Positions 61,521 through 64,000 of a DNA stretch of 64,000 nt are shown here, piece by piece. Location: NCBI GenBank assembly GCA_964629685.1, contig CAZVTT010000001.1:385319-449318 (forward strand), given 5' to 3'. Under the pieces are notes generated by a model that saw only the letters and a list, made by a program, of their open reading frames with translations, was not told the origin of the DNA and searched no databases. Numbering within the stretch: position 1 is the stretch's first letter; each line of letters opens with the position of its first letter. The stretch is from an uncultured Gammaproteobacteria bacterium. Lineage in GTDB: Bacteria; Patescibacteriota; Microgenomatia; UBA10105; UBA927. The position numbers and the translations under genes were made by a program.

Positions 61521-61570
61521 TCTGGTTTGTTATTTATGGATTATAGGTTGATTGTATTCAAGGAGGGTAT

Positions 61571-63106
61571 ATGTTTGACGTATTAAAGACACTATCTGGG
61601 TTAGTAAAGTCTAAAAAAGGGAAGCCGGTTACACATCCAAAAGTAGATGCCCACCAGGCAACACCTAAGGTAGAAATTCAATCTCCTGCTGCTCCACAAC
61701 AAAAGCCCGTAAAGCAAATTCCGCCTCAGGTAACTCTTGATATTGAGGCACAACTCAAAATTGCTGAAGCGAAGGCAAAAGAGCTCGTTTTGGAAGCAAA
61801 AGACGAAGCATTTAGAATCCGTCGTGACGCTGAAGATGAAACACGACGTAAGCTGGAACAAATTGATAGACGTGAAGGTGCCATTGATGAAAAAGAAAAA
61901 CGAATTACGTTGCATGAAACGGAAATTCAAAAACTTCAGAATGAACTTCAGAAGTTGAAGCAGGATCAGCTTACAAAACTTGAGCAAGTAGCATTATTAA
62001 CCCGTGAAGAGGCTAAACAATCAATTCTGGAAGCCACCCGGTCAAAATTACATGAACAAGTGGCTAAGGAAGTTAAAGAAGCGCAGGCGAGAGCTCAGGA
62101 AGAGGCAGATCAAAAAGCTCGGGAAATATTGGTAGATGCGATGCGGCATGGTGCTACAGATTATGTTTCAGAGTATACGGTTTCGATAGTAAAAATTCCG
62201 GATGAAGACATGAAGGGAAGAATAATCGGTAAGGAAGGGCGAAATATTCGGGCATTTGAAACCGCGACGGGTGTAGACGTTGACTTAGATGAAGAAGGAA
62301 TTATCCGGTTATCATCGTTTGATCCAGTGCGACGGGAAATTGCCCGTGCAGCACTAGAAAAATTATTGCGTGACGGAAGAGTTCAACCAGGAAGAATAGA
62401 GGAAATAGTTGAACATGTAAAAAAGGATATAGAACGTGTCATGTTTGAGGAAGGTCAGAAGTTATGCCATGCGGTAGGAGTATATAATTTGCCGGCTCCG
62501 TTGGTGGCCATGTTGGGACGGTTTAAATATAGGTTTTCCTATGGTCAGAATATGATTGCGCACACGCTGGAAGAAACGAAAATAGGTATCGCGCTTGGTC
62601 ATGAAGTTGGTGCAGATGTGAATGTTGTCAGACTGGGTTGTCTTCTGCATGATATCGGAAAAGTTATTATGGATAAGGAAGGGAATCATGTGGAATTGGG
62701 AGTTGAATTGTTACGCAAATACGGTATGCCCCAAAAAGTTATAGACTGTGTAGCCCAACATCATGAAGATACGCCATTCACATCTATAGAATCTATGTTG
62801 GTATATATTTCCGATGCGATTTCCGGCAGTAGACCAGGTGCACGGTATGAGAATTATGAAGAATACATCAAACGTCTAAAGGATTTGGAAGCCATTGCCA
62901 AGGCTCATGAAGGCGTACGTGAATCATTTGCATTCCAAGCCGGCAGAGAGTTGCGCGTGGCGGTTGATCCGGGGAAGGTAGACGATGCAACATCTATCCT
63001 TATGGCGCAGCAAATAAAAGAAGAAATAGAGAAGAAGATGACTTATCCCGGTTCAATAAAAATTACGGTTGTACGGGAATTGCGGGCTACAGAAGTCGCG
63101 AAATGA
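61571..63106 (+). CDS. rny: ribonuclease Y
   Basis: Coiled coil, KH domain (MKGRIIGKEGRNIR), HD domain (LLHDIGK), SGSRPGAR, QAGRELRV; AAGGAGG SD. Confidence 0.97.
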   Translation: MFDVLKTLSGLVKSKKGKPVTHPKVDAHQATPKVEIQSPAAPQQKPVKQIPPQVTLDIEAQLKIAEAKAKELVLEAKDEAFRIRRDAEDETRRKLEQIDRREGAIDEKEKRITLHETEIQKLQNELQKLKQDQLTKLEQVALLTREEAKQSILEATRSKLHEQVAKEVKEAQARAQEEADQKAREILVDAMRHGATDYVSEYTVSIVKIPDEDMKGRIIGKEGRNIRAFETATGVDVDLDEEGIIRLSSFDPVRREIARAALEKLLRDGRVQPGRIEEIVEHVKKDIERVMFEEGQKLCHAVGVYNLPAPLVAMLGRFKYRFSYGQNMIAHTLEETKIGIALGHEVGADVNVVRLGCLLHDIGKVIMDKEGNHVELGVELLRKYGMPQKVIDCVAQHHEDTPFTSIESMLVYISDAISGSRPGARYENYEEYIKRLKDLEAIAKAHEGVRESFAFQAGRELRVAVDPGKVDDATSILMAQQIKEEIEKKMTYPGSIKITVVRELRATEVAK

Positions 63107-63218
63107 CAGGCTCTTTCCATTTAGACGGAAACGTTTCGTTGAACACTTAACACCTCGCTATATTGTCAAAAATGCAGAAGAATTTAGAGCGTTTTGACGC
63201 GATTATTTTTTTGATATC

Positions 63219-63247
63219 TTGACAGAGTAATCTAAATTAACTACATT
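63219..63247 (+). promoter_or_regulatory. sigma70 promoter of HU gene
   Basis: TTGACA(63219-63224)-17 nt-TACATT(63242-63247). Confidence 0.6.
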
Positions 63248-63325
63248 GCCTCATAGAGATTGTTGATACAGGCAAAAGCCAAAATCAACACGATAACCTC
63301 TGCCCAAAAGGAGGTGAAATCACAC

Positions 63326-63598
63326 ATGACAAAAGCAGATCTCATCGAAGTAGTTGCTAAAAAAGCTAATCTAACGGCAAAGGCATCCCGAGAAGCTGTA
63401 GGCGCTGTTTTCAGTGCTGTAACAGATGCGTTAAAGAAAGGGGATAAAGTTGTCGTAACCGGTTTTGGAACGTTCATGGTACGTTCGCGAAAATCACGAA
63501 CAGGCCGAAACCCACAGACAGGCGCTGCAATTAATATTCCGGCACGAAAGACTCCAGGCTTTACTGCAGGCAAAGCCTTGAAGAAAGTTGTACGGTAA
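63326..63598 (+). CDS. hup: DNA-binding protein HU
   Basis: MTKADLI, GFGTF, GRNPQTG, PGFTAGKALK; AAGGAGGTGA SD before ATG 63326. Confidence 0.96.
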   Translation: MTKADLIEVVAKKANLTAKASREAVGAVFSAVTDALKKGDKVVVTGFGTFMVRSRKSRTGRNPQTGAAINIPARKTPGFTAGKALKKVVR

Positions 63599-63615
63599 AA
63601 AAATAAACGTATTGT

Positions 63616-63652
63616 AAAGGAGAGTTCCCGCATGGTCGGGGCTTTCCTTTTT
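63616..63652 (+). terminator. intrinsic terminator after HU
   Basis: AAAGGAGAGTTCCCG-catggt-CGGGGCTTTCCTTTTT. Confidence 0.7.
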
Positions 63653-63685
63653 GGTATACTACGGGTATTCTGTCACATCTTCCCT

Positions 63686-64000
63686 ATGATTATTCAGGTA
63701 GATCATTTATCTAAGCATTTTTCCGTTCATCACAAAGAACCCGGAATGTGGGGTGCTTTAAAGTCTATTGCAATCAGAAAATATGTTTCAGTACCTGCCG
63801 TTAACGATGTTTCTTTTACGATAAATGAAGGAGAATTGGTAGGCTTTATTGGTCCAAATGGTGCCGGAAAGACGACCACACTTAAATGCTTGTCCGGGTT
63901 ACTCTATCCTACGAACGGAAGTGTTACGGTGCTTGGGTATACGCCGTTTGAAAGAAAATATGATTTTTTGCGGAAAATATCCTTAGTAATGGGACAAAAA
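63686..64000 (+). CDS. ABC transporter ATP-binding protein (3'-truncated by window edge)
   Basis: Hand translation: MIIQVDHLSKHF...AVNDVSFTINEGELVGFIGPNGAGKTTTLKCLSGLL. Confidence 0.92.
   Translation, partial: MIIQVDHLSKHFSVHHKEPGMWGALKSIAIRKYVSVPAVNDVSFTINEGELVGFIGPNGAGKTTTLKCLSGLLYPTNGSVTVLGYTPFERKYDFLRKISLVMGQK

Noticed and set aside
63107-63218. Possible ncRNA between rny and the HU promoter
   Set aside because: Only one imperfect inverted repeat (GTCAAAAATGC/GCGTTTTGAC) and no recognisable motif; insufficient support.
63241-63633. 130-aa minus-strand ORF, and similar antisense ORFs within rpoB, rpoC, tuf, r-protein and arg genes
   Set aside because: These are shadow ORFs opposite well-conserved genes, with no motifs or initiation signals.

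Overview
Core-genome window of a bacterium that is very probably Patescibacteria/CPR, most likely Microgenomates-type. This is an inference from the absence of rpmD/uL30 in the spc cluster, a short AlaRS, a sortase, a stand-alone baseplate-J-like membrane protein and an AMP-phosphorylase-type DeoA. Gene order: ftsK (5'-truncated), RodZ-like, YtxG/YtxH-like pair, def, alaS, envelope/nucleotide genes, rpoB-rpoC-rpsL-rpsG, an ~11 kb block of 15 accessory genes splitting the str operon, fusA-tuf, the S10-spc-alpha ribosomal cluster (cmk inserted; rplM-rpsI appended), SPFH, a GT-C glycosyltransferase, argH-GNAT-argG, tRNA-Pro(GGG), recA-recX-rny, HU and a truncated ABC ATPase. No CRISPR array, rRNA, integrase or transposase was seen. 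The most interesting signals are non-coding: (1) a transcriptional T-box riboswitch ahead of argH-GNAT-argG; (2) a promoter plus terminator/antiterminator switch between rpsJ and rplC; (3) a ~175-nt rod-shaped RNA upstream of rny (6S-like candidate); (4) recurrent promoter-proximal hairpins before highly expressed genes; (5) many apparently leaderless genes; (6) a strong T at position -1 of start codons. All folds and counts were done by eye and need computational confirmation.
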